Of a stretch of 23,900 nucleotides of DNA, positions 14,731-23,197 are shown in pieces; position 1 is the first letter of the stretch; each line of letters begins with the position of its first letter. Below the pieces are notes generated by a model. The model was not told the DNA's origin, ran no database searches, and saw only the letters and a list, made by a program, of their open reading frames with translations. The DNA is from a virus: the IMG/VR virus record IMGVR_UViG_3300048502_000040, positions 1 to 23,900 of that record. One strand, written 5' to 3'. Both the position numbers and the translations under genes were made by a program.

Positions 14731-16281
14731 ATGCAGTTTGTACAGCAGTTCAAAGCAGCCCGGCGCGTCAGCACTCCTTTGGTCGCAGTGCGCACCTTCG
14801 ACGCCAAGTCCACCCTCGACCAGATTCGCAAACTGTTGGGCGATACCCTGAAGGACACCCCCATGATCCTGTGGGACATCATGAACGGTGTGCGGGCACT
14901 CACTGAGAAGGGCAAGGATGAGCTTGCCAACATCCTGCAAAAAGCAGACCTCATGCAAGAAGCGACCATCGGCGACGACGGTCTCAGCGTCACCCTCAAG
15001 ATGGCAGAGTTCGCCCGCGAGGATGCCATCATTTTCATCAGCAATTCCCATCTCTTCATGGGCAAAGCAGCGAACATCACACAAGGCATATGGAACCTGC
15101 GCGACAGCTTCAAGGCACAGGGTAACATGCTCGTGCTTCTGTGCCACCCCGGTGCGACCCTGCCCGTGGAATTGTGCAACGACGTGCTGATGTTGGATGA
15201 ACCCCTGCCAACCGTCGCAGAGCTTACCGCGACCGTGAAAGACACGTTCAAATTCGCTAAGGCCGATGCCCCCAGCGATGAGGTAATTGAGAAGGCGATG
15301 GACGCCCTTGTCGGTCTCCCAGCTTTCCCAGCGGAGCAGACGACAGCGATGTGCCTGAGCGTGGACGCCAAGTCGCGCAAAGGTGCCCTCGACATGCCCG
15401 AGCTATGGGGGCGGAAGCGTAGCATCATCAGCCAAACCCCCGGCCTGAGTGTGTGGGAGGGTAAGGAGCGGCTGGAAGACATCGGCGGAGTGGAAGTAGT
15501 CAAAGAGTTCTACCGCCGCGTGATCGAAGGCCGGGACGCCCCCAAAGTCATCATCTTCATGGATGAAATTGAGAAGGCATTCGCGGGCACGGGCACGGAT
15601 ATGTCGGGCGTGAAGACCGAGCTAACGGGCAGCATGTTGTCGTGGATGCAGGACACGGGCATCGTCGGCAGCATCAGCATCGGTGTCCCCGGTGTGTCGA
15701 AGTCACAGCTTGCGAAGGCCATCGGCGGGACGTACGGAAAGCCCGTCATCAAGTTCGACCTTGCCGCCATGCAGTCGGGCATCATCGGCAGCAGCGGCGC
15801 GAACCTCCGCGCGGCACAGAAGACCGTGGACGCCATCAAAGGTGACGGCAAGGTCTTTGCCATCGCTACCTGCAACAGTATCAACAGCCTGCCCCCCGAG
15901 CTTCAGGGAAGGTTCAACCTCGGGACGTTTTTCTTCGACGTGCCCACCCCCGAAGAGGCAGCGGTCATATGGAACATCTACCGCAAGCGGTACCAGTTCG
16001 CCGACAGCGACCCGACCCCGGCACATGTAGGCTGGACAGGCCGCGAGATCGAAGAGTGCGCACGTAAGGCGTGGAGCTTGCGGTTGACGCTGGAAGAGGC
16101 GGCACAGTACATCGTACCCGTCATCAAGTCCCGCGCCGACAGCATCGCCCATCTGCGGCAGTCGTGCAGCGGCAAGTACCTCAGCGCATCGCACCCCGGT
16201 GTGTATGAGTGGAGCGGCGAGACGGTACAGGCATCACTCCCCGTCTTCAGCGGTGACAGCGGGCGCAAGGTGCGGGCATAA
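14731..16281 (+). CDS. Ycf46-like AAA+ ATPase with swapped Walker B/Walker A segments
   Basis: Degenerate N-terminal AAA domain (LPVEL..LDEPLP), then DIGG, IIFMDEIEKAF, GVPGVSKS and FAIATCNSINSLPPELQGRF...FFFDVP. Confidence 0.9.
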   Translation: MQFVQQFKAARRVSTPLVAVRTFDAKSTLDQIRKLLGDTLKDTPMILWDIMNGVRALTEKGKDELANILQKADLMQEATIGDDGLSVTLKMAEFAREDAIIFISNSHLFMGKAANITQGIWNLRDSFKAQGNMLVLLCHPGATLPVELCNDVLMLDEPLPTVAELTATVKDTFKFAKADAPSDEVIEKAMDALVGLPAFPAEQTTAMCLSVDAKSRKGALDMPELWGRKRSIISQTPGLSVWEGKERLEDIGGVEVVKEFYRRVIEGRDAPKVIIFMDEIEKAFAGTGTDMSGVKTELTGSMLSWMQDTGIVGSISIGVPGVSKSQLAKAIGGTYGKPVIKFDLAAMQSGIIGSSGANLRAAQKTVDAIKGDGKVFAIATCNSINSLPPELQGRFNLGTFFFDVPTPEEAAVIWNIYRKRYQFADSDPTPAHVGWTGREIEECARKAWSLRLTLEEAAQYIVPVIKSRADSIAHLRQSCSGKYLSASHPGVYEWSGETVQASLPVFSGDSGRKVRA

Positions 16282-16286
16282 GCCTA

Positions 16287-16736
16287 ATGGATAACTTCTT
16301 CTCATTCATCGACCAGCATGGCCCGGTACCAGCACATAAACCGGAGCTAGGGCCGTGCTGGTTATGGATGGGACAGCACCACAAGCAAGGCTACGGCATG
16401 TTCAGCAAGCGCATCGAAGGGAGGAAAAACAGCAAGACATACCTAGCACATCGAGTAGCCTATGAACGGCTAATCGGGCCAATCCCAGAGGGCTTAGTTC
16501 TGGATCACCTTTGCCGCAATACAGGTTGTGCCAACCCGTACCATACAGAACCAGTACCACAGATTGTAAACATTTTGAGGGGTGAGGGCTACGCAGCTAA
16601 GTGTGCTAGAAAAACTCATTGCAAACGTGGGCATTCTCTGATAGTATGTCCTTGGAATAATGTAAAGCGTCGGTATTGTCCAGAGTGTAGGCGGATAAAC
16701 AGGCGCAACAAATACGCAACACGAAAGGTAGGGTAA
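16287..16736 (+). CDS. HNH homing endonuclease
   Basis: CWLW.G...GYG.F...AHRVAYE..IGPIPEGLVLDHLCRNTGCANPYH..KTHCKRGH. Confidence 0.9.
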   Translation: MDNFFSFIDQHGPVPAHKPELGPCWLWMGQHHKQGYGMFSKRIEGRKNSKTYLAHRVAYERLIGPIPEGLVLDHLCRNTGCANPYHTEPVPQIVNILRGEGYAAKCARKTHCKRGHSLIVCPWNNVKRRYCPECRRINRRNKYATRKVG

Positions 16737-16740
16737 CTAT

Positions 16741-17199
16741 ATCAGCGAGTATTCAGAAGCAACCACCGAGTTCAAAGATGCTGACCTCCTCATTGAGGCG
16801 CTGGCAGCGGTCGGTTACAATCAGATCGAGAACTGCATCGGCAAGCCTATGCCCCTCGTCGGGTTCCAAGGCGACTACCGTACGCAGGACGGCGAAGGCC
16901 ACACGAAGGACGCAGACAAGGCGCTGAAGGCGGACATAATCATCCGGCGTAAGTATGTCGGCGGCGCGTCCAACGACATTGGCTTTGTCAAGGGGAGCGA
17001 CGGCAAGTTCAAGGCGGTCATCAGCGATTACGACAGCAGCAGGCACAACGCCGCATGGCTGGCGAAGTTGAAGGGTGAGTACGCGGAGATCAACGTCGTC
17101 AAGACCATGAAGCGCATGGGCGTGAAGATCACCGGGCGCACCACCCGCAAGAACGCACAGGGCCAAGAAGAGGTCGTCTACAATTACGCCAAGGCGTAA
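16741..17199 (+). CDS. DUF1257/Ycf35-like protein, probable ATC start
   Basis: (I)SEYSEATTEFKDADLLIEAL...GFQGD.R...ADIIIRRKYVGGASNDIGF...ISDYD. An upstream in-frame stop lies at 16729. Confidence 0.8.
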   Translation: MSEYSEATTEFKDADLLIEALAAVGYNQIENCIGKPMPLVGFQGDYRTQDGEGHTKDADKALKADIIIRRKYVGGASNDIGFVKGSDGKFKAVISDYDSSRHNAAWLAKLKGEYAEINVVKTMKRMGVKITGRTTRKNAQGQEEVVYNYAKA

Positions 17200-17241
17200 G
17201 AAAACTGTAGCAAAAATCTGACAGGGAAGGAGGACACCAGT

Positions 17242-17436
17242 ATGGCGAAGCAGGGCACAGTGGTAATAAATAAGGTTACCGGGGAATTTAGCATAGACCT
17301 AACAGGCTACAAGGGTAAAGGCTGTAGTGTAGACGCAGCGCAGTTTACCCGTGGTGGTCGGGTTACTAAAGATGTAAAAAAGAAAGAATGGAACTTGACC
17401 CAATCGGCAGCACAGCAGCAGGAGCAAAAACAGTGA
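17242..17436 (+). CDS. DUF2997-like small protein
   Basis: VINKVTGEFSIDLTGYKGKGC...K.EW with a Gln-rich tail; the position after DUF1257 fits. Confidence 0.75.
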   Translation: MAKQGTVVINKVTGEFSIDLTGYKGKGCSVDAAQFTRGGRVTKDVKKKEWNLTQSAAQQQEQKQ

Positions 17437-17918
17437 AGACGATTCAACTAACTAAGGGTAAGGTGGCGCAGGTAGACGACGGTGACTACCTTACCCTTAG
17501 TGCCCACAAGTGGTGCGTACTAAAGACAAAGTATGGCCTTTGGTACGCTAAGCGGCGCAAGGGCAAACTTACAGTTTATATGCACTGTGAAATATTGGGG
17601 AAAAAGGGCGTAGACCATGAGGACGGAAACGGTCTAAACAATCAGCGATACAACCTGAGAGAAGCAAACTCAGAGCAAAATAACAGGAACCGCAACAAGT
17701 TTTTTACTAAGAAGCCTGCCACTAGCCTTTATAAAGGGGTTTGCAAAAAAGGTAGCAAATGGGTAGTTCAAATATCCGTTGACAAGAAACCCTTTCATGT
17801 GGGATACTTCTCCACAGAGATAGAAGCAGCAAAGGCATACGACGCAGCGGCAATCGAGCACTACGGCAAGTTTGCTAAACTGAATTTTCCAGAGGAGAAG
17901 ATATGCGAGAAGGTGTAA
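17433..17918 (+). CDS. HNH-AP2 homing endonuclease
   Basis: IQLTKGK.A.VD..D, VDHEDGNGLNNQRYNLR, S.YKGV...W..QI...GYF..E.EAA.AYD.AA...G.FA.LNF. Confidence 0.9.
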   Translation: MKTIQLTKGKVAQVDDGDYLTLSAHKWCVLKTKYGLWYAKRRKGKLTVYMHCEILGKKGVDHEDGNGLNNQRYNLREANSEQNNRNRNKFFTKKPATSLYKGVCKKGSKWVVQISVDKKPFHVGYFSTEIEAAKAYDAAAIEHYGKFAKLNFPEEKICEKV

Positions 17919-18226
17919 TAAAAATAAAAGCTGACGGAACGGTTCGCTTTATAAATACCCCAGAGTTAGCAACACTAGCACCTAACGCAACCGTGCGTCG
18001 AGCTTCTCAGGTAGAGCCTGATGTTGCAGTCTATCGCTGGGTGTTTCACAGCCTGCGGTGTCTGTTCGGTGAACGAGGACTGGTGGCCGACTGGACACGG
18101 GACTGGCGCATTCTTTGGCGCGTAAACTTGGCCCCTGTAGGCGGCCCTGTACTGCCCCAGAGATGGTGGGTTCGTTGTGATGCTATCATCGCTGAAGTTG
18201 ACTGGTTGAATGAAAACTTCATCTAA
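17903..18226 (+). CDS. hypothetical protein of the AAA/DUF1257 module
   Basis: DGTVRFI..RRASQVEP..W.V.L.PVGGP..AEVDWL; GAGGAG RBS. Confidence 0.7.
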   Translation: MREGVIKIKADGTVRFINTPELATLAPNATVRRASQVEPDVAVYRWVFHSLRCLFGERGLVADWTRDWRILWRVNLAPVGGPVLPQRWWVRCDAIIAEVDWLNENFI

Positions 18227-18236
18227 AAAATAGTTG

Positions 18237-18265
18237 TTGACAGCCTTCCCCGCATTTAGTAAAAT
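18237..18265 (+). promoter_or_regulatory. sigma70-type promoter
   Basis: TTGACA-N17-TAAAAT. Confidence 0.75.
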
Positions 18266-18295
18266 TATCTCAGATCGAAAAAGGAGCAACACATT

Positions 18296-19189
18296 ATGCC
18301 AGTCGAAATCAAAGACGCATCAGAGTTGGTAGACAAAACAGTCTTCCTCAAAGTGAGCTTTGGCATCCTCGGAAACTCGAAGAAGGTGTCCGGCTCTGAA
18401 GTGCTCAACACGGATGCAGACGTGGATCGCGTCAAGGTGTCCAAGACCCTCCTCGAAGCAACTGAGTACGAGGCCATCAAGAAGGCCGACACCAAGATGC
18501 GCACGTACCTCTACAACACTTGCCTGCCGTTCGACATGGGCATCATGCTTCTGCCGTGGGGATTGGTGGAGACGGTCAACGCCCGGCTCGAAGAGTACGC
18601 ACAGGAGCGCGGCGCACTGGTCAACGAGTTCATCAAGGTCTACCCCAAGATGTGCGAGGATGCCCGGCAGCACTTAGGCAGCCTGTACAACGAGGCCGAC
18701 TACCCGTCCGTCGATGTCATCAAGGCCAAATTCAGCTTCCAGTTCCGGCTCCTCAGCCTGAGCGTACCGGGCAAGCTGAAGTCCATCAGCGCCGCGATGT
18801 TCAAGCAGGAGACCGAGAAGGCCGCCGCACAGATTCAGTCGGCCCTCGACGACATTACCCTCCTCATGCGCCAAGAACTTCTGGACATGGTTACCAACCT
18901 CGAAGACCGTCTCACGCCGGGCGACGAAGGCAAGCCCAAGAAGTTCAAGGAGACCACGGTCACCAACCTCCAGTCGTTCCTCGACGGTTTCGACATCCGC
19001 AACGTCGCGGGAGACGAGGAGCTTTCCAAGCTCGTCGCCAAAGCGAAGGAGATCGTCGGCGGCACCAGCGCCCCCACCCTCCGCAGCAGCGATGAGTTCC
19101 GCGAGAAGGTACGCGCGGGCATGGCATCGGTGAAGGAACAACTCGCCGGGCTGGTCGAAGAGAAGGGGCGCAAGTTCCGCGAGGACTAG
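18296..19189 (+). CDS. DUF3150-like protein (C-terminal GRKFRED)
   Basis: SK.LL, LPF..G..LLP, F...YP..ARQHLGSLYNEADYPS, D.EL..LV..A; located in the AAA module. Confidence 0.7.
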   Translation: MPVEIKDASELVDKTVFLKVSFGILGNSKKVSGSEVLNTDADVDRVKVSKTLLEATEYEAIKKADTKMRTYLYNTCLPFDMGIMLLPWGLVETVNARLEEYAQERGALVNEFIKVYPKMCEDARQHLGSLYNEADYPSVDVIKAKFSFQFRLLSLSVPGKLKSISAAMFKQETEKAAAQIQSALDDITLLMRQELLDMVTNLEDRLTPGDEGKPKKFKETTVTNLQSFLDGFDIRNVAGDEELSKLVAKAKEIVGGTSAPTLRSSDEFREKVRAGMASVKEQLAGLVEEKGRKFRED

Positions 19190-19192
19190 GCT

Positions 19193-19212
19193 GGGGGCGG
19201 GCAACCGCCCCC
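19193..19212 (+). terminator. GC hairpin after the DUF3150-like gene
   Basis: GGGGGCGG-GCAA-CCGCCCCC; no U-tract. Confidence 0.45.
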
Positions 19213-19304
19213 GCTGCATTCAAGATTCAAGAATACCGAATACGGGAGACACCCTATGCAATACAATCTCACAAACTTTTGTAGATATAAAAAGGAGAAC
19301 TACA

Positions 19305-20102
19305 ATGACAACTAAGGTTCCGCAGAATGTACTGGACTCGGTTTGGGATTCTACCTCAGCCGATTGGCACCGACATGATAACGGTAAGGGCTGGGTGTAC
19401 AAAACTGCCAACGTTGATCCAACAGTTTACCTTCACCCAACCTCAATTGTCTACGGCAATGCGCAGGTCTACGGCAATGCGCAGGTCTTCGGCACTGCGC
19501 AGGTCTACGGCGATGCGTGGGTCTTCGGCGATGCGCGGGTCTTCGGCGATGCGCGGGTCTACGGCGATGCGCAGGTCTTCGGCGATGCGCGGGTCTTCGG
19601 CGATGCGCAGGTCTACGGCACTGCGCAGGTCTCCGGCGATGCGCGGGTCTTCGGCGATGCGTGGGTCTACGGCACTGCGCAGGTCTCCGGCGATGCGCGG
19701 GTCTACGGCAATGCGCAGGTCTTCGGCGATGCGCGGGTCTACGGCACTGCGCAGGTCTACGGCACTGCGCAGGTCTCCGGCACTGCGCAGGTCTACGGCG
19801 ATGCGTGGGTCTTCGGCGATGCGCGGGTCTTCGGCACTGCGCAGGTCTCCGGCGATGCGTGGGTCTTTTCCCCTCTGTACATACAGGGAACTCGTCACGC
19901 GGTAACGCTTTGCAGCCACAAGCAAATAGCTATTGGGTGCCACGTCCACGACATTACGGAGTGGCAAAAAAAGTACCGTGCCATCGGTAAGATGGAGGGC
20001 TATACTCCAGCGCAGATCAAGGAGTATGGGGCGTACATCGTACTGCTGGCAGCGGCAGCCAAAGTTGCAATCAAGACTGCCAAAACAAAGGGGGCGAAGT
20101 GA
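19305..20102 (+). CDS. hexapeptide-repeat (left-handed beta-helix) phage protein
   Basis: 23 V[YFS]G[NDT]A[QRW] repeats, then an IAIGC..H...W tail; AAGGAG RBS. Confidence 0.85.
   Translation: MTTKVPQNVLDSVWDSTSADWHRHDNGKGWVYKTANVDPTVYLHPTSIVYGNAQVYGNAQVFGTAQVYGDAWVFGDARVFGDARVYGDAQVFGDARVFGDAQVYGTAQVSGDARVFGDAWVYGTAQVSGDARVYGNAQVFGDARVYGTAQVYGTAQVSGTAQVYGDAWVFGDARVFGTAQVSGDAWVFSPLYIQGTRHAVTLCSHKQIAIGCHVHDITEWQKKYRAIGKMEGYTPAQIKEYGAYIVLLAAAAKVAIKTAKTKGAK
19449..19862 (+). repeat. 23 x 18-nt tandem repeat
   Basis: Unit GTC THC GGC RMT GCG YRG. Confidence 0.95.
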
Positions 20103-20776
20103 AACCCAGACTCCTCAAAGCAGGGTTTTTCTGGCGCTCCAATGACCCAGCGGACATCATCGTCGGCGAGAGCAGCATCAACGATGTGGTCTGCATTGCC
20201 CCAACCACCATACCAGCGGTCGATCTAGGCCGGGCCATTCCAACCGAGGTTCTCATCAAGTTGTCAAACCTTGAGTTCATAGTAGCTGGTCTGTTCGGCC
20301 CAGACCGCCCTTCGCCCGCTGGCAGCGGCTACAAGTGGAACGGCAGTACGCACCGCTATGGCGTGTATGTTCTGTCAAACACTTTGGCAGGAACCCAGAG
20401 CATCGTGATCTTGTCAAACACTCCAGACGGAATGCGGGCAGCGATTCTCCCCCGGTACACAACAGAAGCGTGGAAGGCAGTCTTCTACGGGATGCCCTCC
20501 GACAAGGTGTGGGACATCTGCTGGACACTGAAGCTCATTCATGGTTCGGTCTACACCCAACTCACGGCTCGAGAGGAGGCTAAAGATGCGGCCAATCACA
20601 AAGCGGATGCACTGCAACACGGTGCCAACACCAACCCGGCCACTGGCCCACAAAATCTTCAAGGGCTGCACAAAGAAGCGACAGTACACGACCGAGCAGG
20701 GCGCGTGGAAGGCGGTGGATCGCCTTCTGGTGAAGGGCAAGGACACGAACCCCTCGCGCCCGCTACTGCCTTATAA
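20099..20776 (+). CDS. hypothetical protein; its last ~190 nt overlap the next gene
   Basis: GTGA-coupled ORF. Confidence 0.55.
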   Translation: MKPRLLKAGFFWRSNDPADIIVGESSINDVVCIAPTTIPAVDLGRAIPTEVLIKLSNLEFIVAGLFGPDRPSPAGSGYKWNGSTHRYGVYVLSNTLAGTQSIVILSNTPDGMRAAILPRYTTEAWKAVFYGMPSDKVWDICWTLKLIHGSVYTQLTAREEAKDAANHKADALQHGANTNPATGPQNLQGLHKEATVHDRAGRVEGGGSPSGEGQGHEPLAPATAL

Positions 20777-20882
20777 GTGCGAGTTCTGTTTTCAGTGGCA
20801 TGTCGGACACGCTAACCCGGATGCCTTCAACATGCAAGGGAAGTTGACACAGAGACCCTCCCCTGCTACAATTCAGAAGTAG
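20587..20882 (+). CDS. small Zn-binding phage protein
   Basis: GGAGG RBS; CTKKRQY....A...PYKCEFCFQWHVGH. Confidence 0.7.
20844..20872 (+). promoter_or_regulatory. sigma70-type promoter
   Basis: TTGACA-N17-TACAAT with an extended TG. Confidence 0.8.
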
Positions 20883-20919
20883 TCAAAAACCCGTATTAGG
20901 TACTCACAAGGAGAAACAA

Positions 20920-21630
20920 GTGAACATCGACACCAACGACGTACAAGGCAACCTCCAGAAGCTCAACAAACTGCCCACAGGGGCACTCGCCACTCTCGCA
21001 ATGGCGCTCACCTTCAACCGCACGGCCCCGGTCGAAGTCCGCACTCTCGCCGCCGTTCTCACCAAGCGCCTCAACTCGCTGGCTGAGATCGAAGTCCCCG
21101 AGGGCGGTCGTCTCCTGCCACTCAACCCAGTTGCGCCGAAGACCATCGCTCACTGTCTCGGTCTCTACGAGCAGTCCGAGACTGGCTGCGGTCACTTCGA
21201 CGGCGTGGAAGTGCCTGACGACGAGCAGATCAGTTCCCTCATCCGGCTGATCGAAGCCAGCAACATCTACGTCGTTGTCCGCGACTTCGAGGCGTTCGAG
21301 CAGGCCGAGGAGTTGTACGAGCAGACACAGGGCGCGAATCAGGTATCGCCGTCCGACATCCCCGAAGACCCGCAGCAATACGTCGGCACCCCGCTGTCTC
21401 CGACGCCCACCCCCATCAGCGAGGATCGCTTCGCCCGTCTCTTCCCGAACTCTCAGGAAGCGGCAGAGCAGGCGGCCCCCGTCAACTCCCTCAACGTCCG
21501 CGCCAAGGCTGCGCTGGCCGCACTGGAAGACGCGGCAGCACAGTCCGGCCTCTCGCGTGAAGACGCCCTGTCGCAGCTTGACGAGGCCCGCAGCTTCATG
21601 GGTCAGGTGCTCGAACTGGCCCGGCAGTAA
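20920..21630 (+). CDS. acidic hypothetical protein
   Basis: AAGGAG RBS and GTG start; strong C-ending codon bias. Confidence 0.8.
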   Translation: MNIDTNDVQGNLQKLNKLPTGALATLAMALTFNRTAPVEVRTLAAVLTKRLNSLAEIEVPEGGRLLPLNPVAPKTIAHCLGLYEQSETGCGHFDGVEVPDDEQISSLIRLIEASNIYVVVRDFEAFEQAEELYEQTQGANQVSPSDIPEDPQQYVGTPLSPTPTPISEDRFARLFPNSQEAAEQAAPVNSLNVRAKAALAALEDAAAQSGLSREDALSQLDEARSFMGQVLELARQ

Positions 21631-21795
21631 CCAACCCCGCCCGGTAGTCGCAATGGCTACCGGGGCATATGAAACTTTATTTTCAATGGCTCATGTTCAA
21701 GTAAACAAATAGTAAACCAGCGGATTATAGCTGCACTCACTGGTAAAACACTTGACACATGTGTTATACTAAAGATAGAGATAGGAGAAAAAGTC

Positions 21796-22323
21796 ATGCA
21801 GTCCCTTGATAGGCTTGAAATAAAGAAGTTGCTGGCGGAGATTCCGCAGGATCGCCAGAAGCTAATGATCGTCGTCACCTTCAACCACGGGCTGCGCGTC
21901 AGCGAAACAATCGGCCTGACCGGGCGCTCCATCCGCGACGGGTTCGTGACGGTGCAGCGATTGAAGGGTAGCATGAGGACAGTTCAGCCTTATATGACAA
22001 GCTCCGACCCTGACCTTGATGAGGTTCCCGGACTCACAGAGCTTTCTCACAAGCTAGGCCCGAATGATCGCCTTTTCGAGATGACCCGCTTCGGAGTTTA
22101 CAAACTGATCCAGCGGGCGGGGGAGAAGGCGGGGATACCTAAACATAAGCTGCACCCCCACGCCTTGAAGCACGGCGTGGCTTTAGCCACTATCCACACA
22201 GCAGGGATTGAGAACGTGCGGCAGTGGCTAGGACACCGTAACATCAGCAGCACAGGTTCATACCTTAGAGTTACCGACGAAGCAGCAGCGAAAGAAGTAG
22301 CGAAGGCTATGGCCTTCGCGTAG
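21796..22323 (+). CDS. minimal tyrosine recombinase (catalytic domain only)
   Basis: HGLRVSE, RLKGS, HPHALKH, LGHRNISST..Y. Confidence 0.88.
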   Translation: MQSLDRLEIKKLLAEIPQDRQKLMIVVTFNHGLRVSETIGLTGRSIRDGFVTVQRLKGSMRTVQPYMTSSDPDLDEVPGLTELSHKLGPNDRLFEMTRFGVYKLIQRAGEKAGIPKHKLHPHALKHGVALATIHTAGIENVRQWLGHRNISSTGSYLRVTDEAAAKEVAKAMAFA

Positions 22324-22346
22324 TATATCCCACATGAAAGGAAATG

Positions 22347-23111
22347 ATGCCAGCATTCAAAGACTTGACCGGAAAACGGTTTGAACGGTTAGTAGCCGTA
22401 AGCAAGGCAGAAGATAGACGCACAGTAGGGGGCAACAAAGTAAAATACTGGAATTGTAAGTGCGATTGCGGTAACATCAAACAAGTCAGCACAGGTCATT
22501 TGTCATCCGGTCGCACTGTAAGTTGTGGTTGCTTCAAAGCAGAGGGGTACTGGAGTAGGGAGTTCATCGACCTAACAGGTCAGCGAGTAGGTCGCCTGAC
22601 TATTCTAGGACGTGGAGAAAATCAGAAAGACAAGCGTGGCACCAGCCGTACGATGTGGAGAGTGAAATGTGATTGCTCACCAGACAAAGAGTTCCTAGTA
22701 AACCGAGCTAACCTTCGCGGCGGATCAACCCAAAGCTGCGGATGCTATCAGAAAGAGCAAACAGCAAAGTACGGGCGCAAAGAACCATTCAAGACACCGT
22801 ACCGTAATCTAGTCCGGGCAGCGGAGAAGCGAGGCATAACGGTTGCCTTGACGTTGGAACAGTACCAGAGCATAGCGGCAGATCAACCGCCATGTCACTA
22901 TTGTGAACTTCCTATAGTCTGGGCAGCGCACAACTCCTCAAACAGCAGCAGGGGTCACAACCTAGATCGCAAGGACAGCAGTATGGGATACACCTTTGAA
23001 AATGTCGTACCATGCTGTGCAGGCTGTAATGAATCAAAGATGTGCCGCTCATACGAAGAGTGGGTTTTCATAGGTAAAGCAATTAGATTGTATCGAGAAG
23101 GGAAAAGGTAA
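22347..23111 (+). CDS. HNH-type homing endonuclease with two DLTGxRxxRL...CxCxC..SCGC repeats
   Basis: Repeated Zn modules, then CHYC...LDRKDS..GY..ENVVPCCAGCN..K. Confidence 0.85.
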   Translation: MPAFKDLTGKRFERLVAVSKAEDRRTVGGNKVKYWNCKCDCGNIKQVSTGHLSSGRTVSCGCFKAEGYWSREFIDLTGQRVGRLTILGRGENQKDKRGTSRTMWRVKCDCSPDKEFLVNRANLRGGSTQSCGCYQKEQTAKYGRKEPFKTPYRNLVRAAEKRGITVALTLEQYQSIAADQPPCHYCELPIVWAAHNSSNSSRGHNLDRKDSSMGYTFENVVPCCAGCNESKMCRSYEEWVFIGKAIRLYREGKR

Positions 23112-23147
23112 ACCATGAACATGAACAACCAACTGATTTCACTGGGC

Positions 23148-23176
23148 TTGACAAAGCCCAAGTAGTGTGATAGAAT
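23148..23176 (+). promoter_or_regulatory. sigma70-type promoter with the -35 inside a palindrome
   Basis: TTGACA-N17-TAGAAT with an extended TG; TGGGCTT-GACA-AAGCCCA inverted repeat. Confidence 0.75.
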
Positions 23177-23197
23177 GTGTTTAGTGATAGGAGAAGC

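Noticed and set aside
14710-19411. Long minus-strand ORFs opposite the AAA and DUF3150-like genes
   Set aside because: They are antisense shadows of GC3-biased genes.
19449-19862. CRISPR array
   Set aside because: The units are contiguous coding repeats with no spacers.
19327-19990. Alternative-frame and antisense repeat ORFs
   Set aside because: They are by-products of a stop-free 18-nt repeat.
21752-21770. TTGACA...TATACT promoter
   Set aside because: The spacing is only 7 nt, so these boxes are not a canonical pair.
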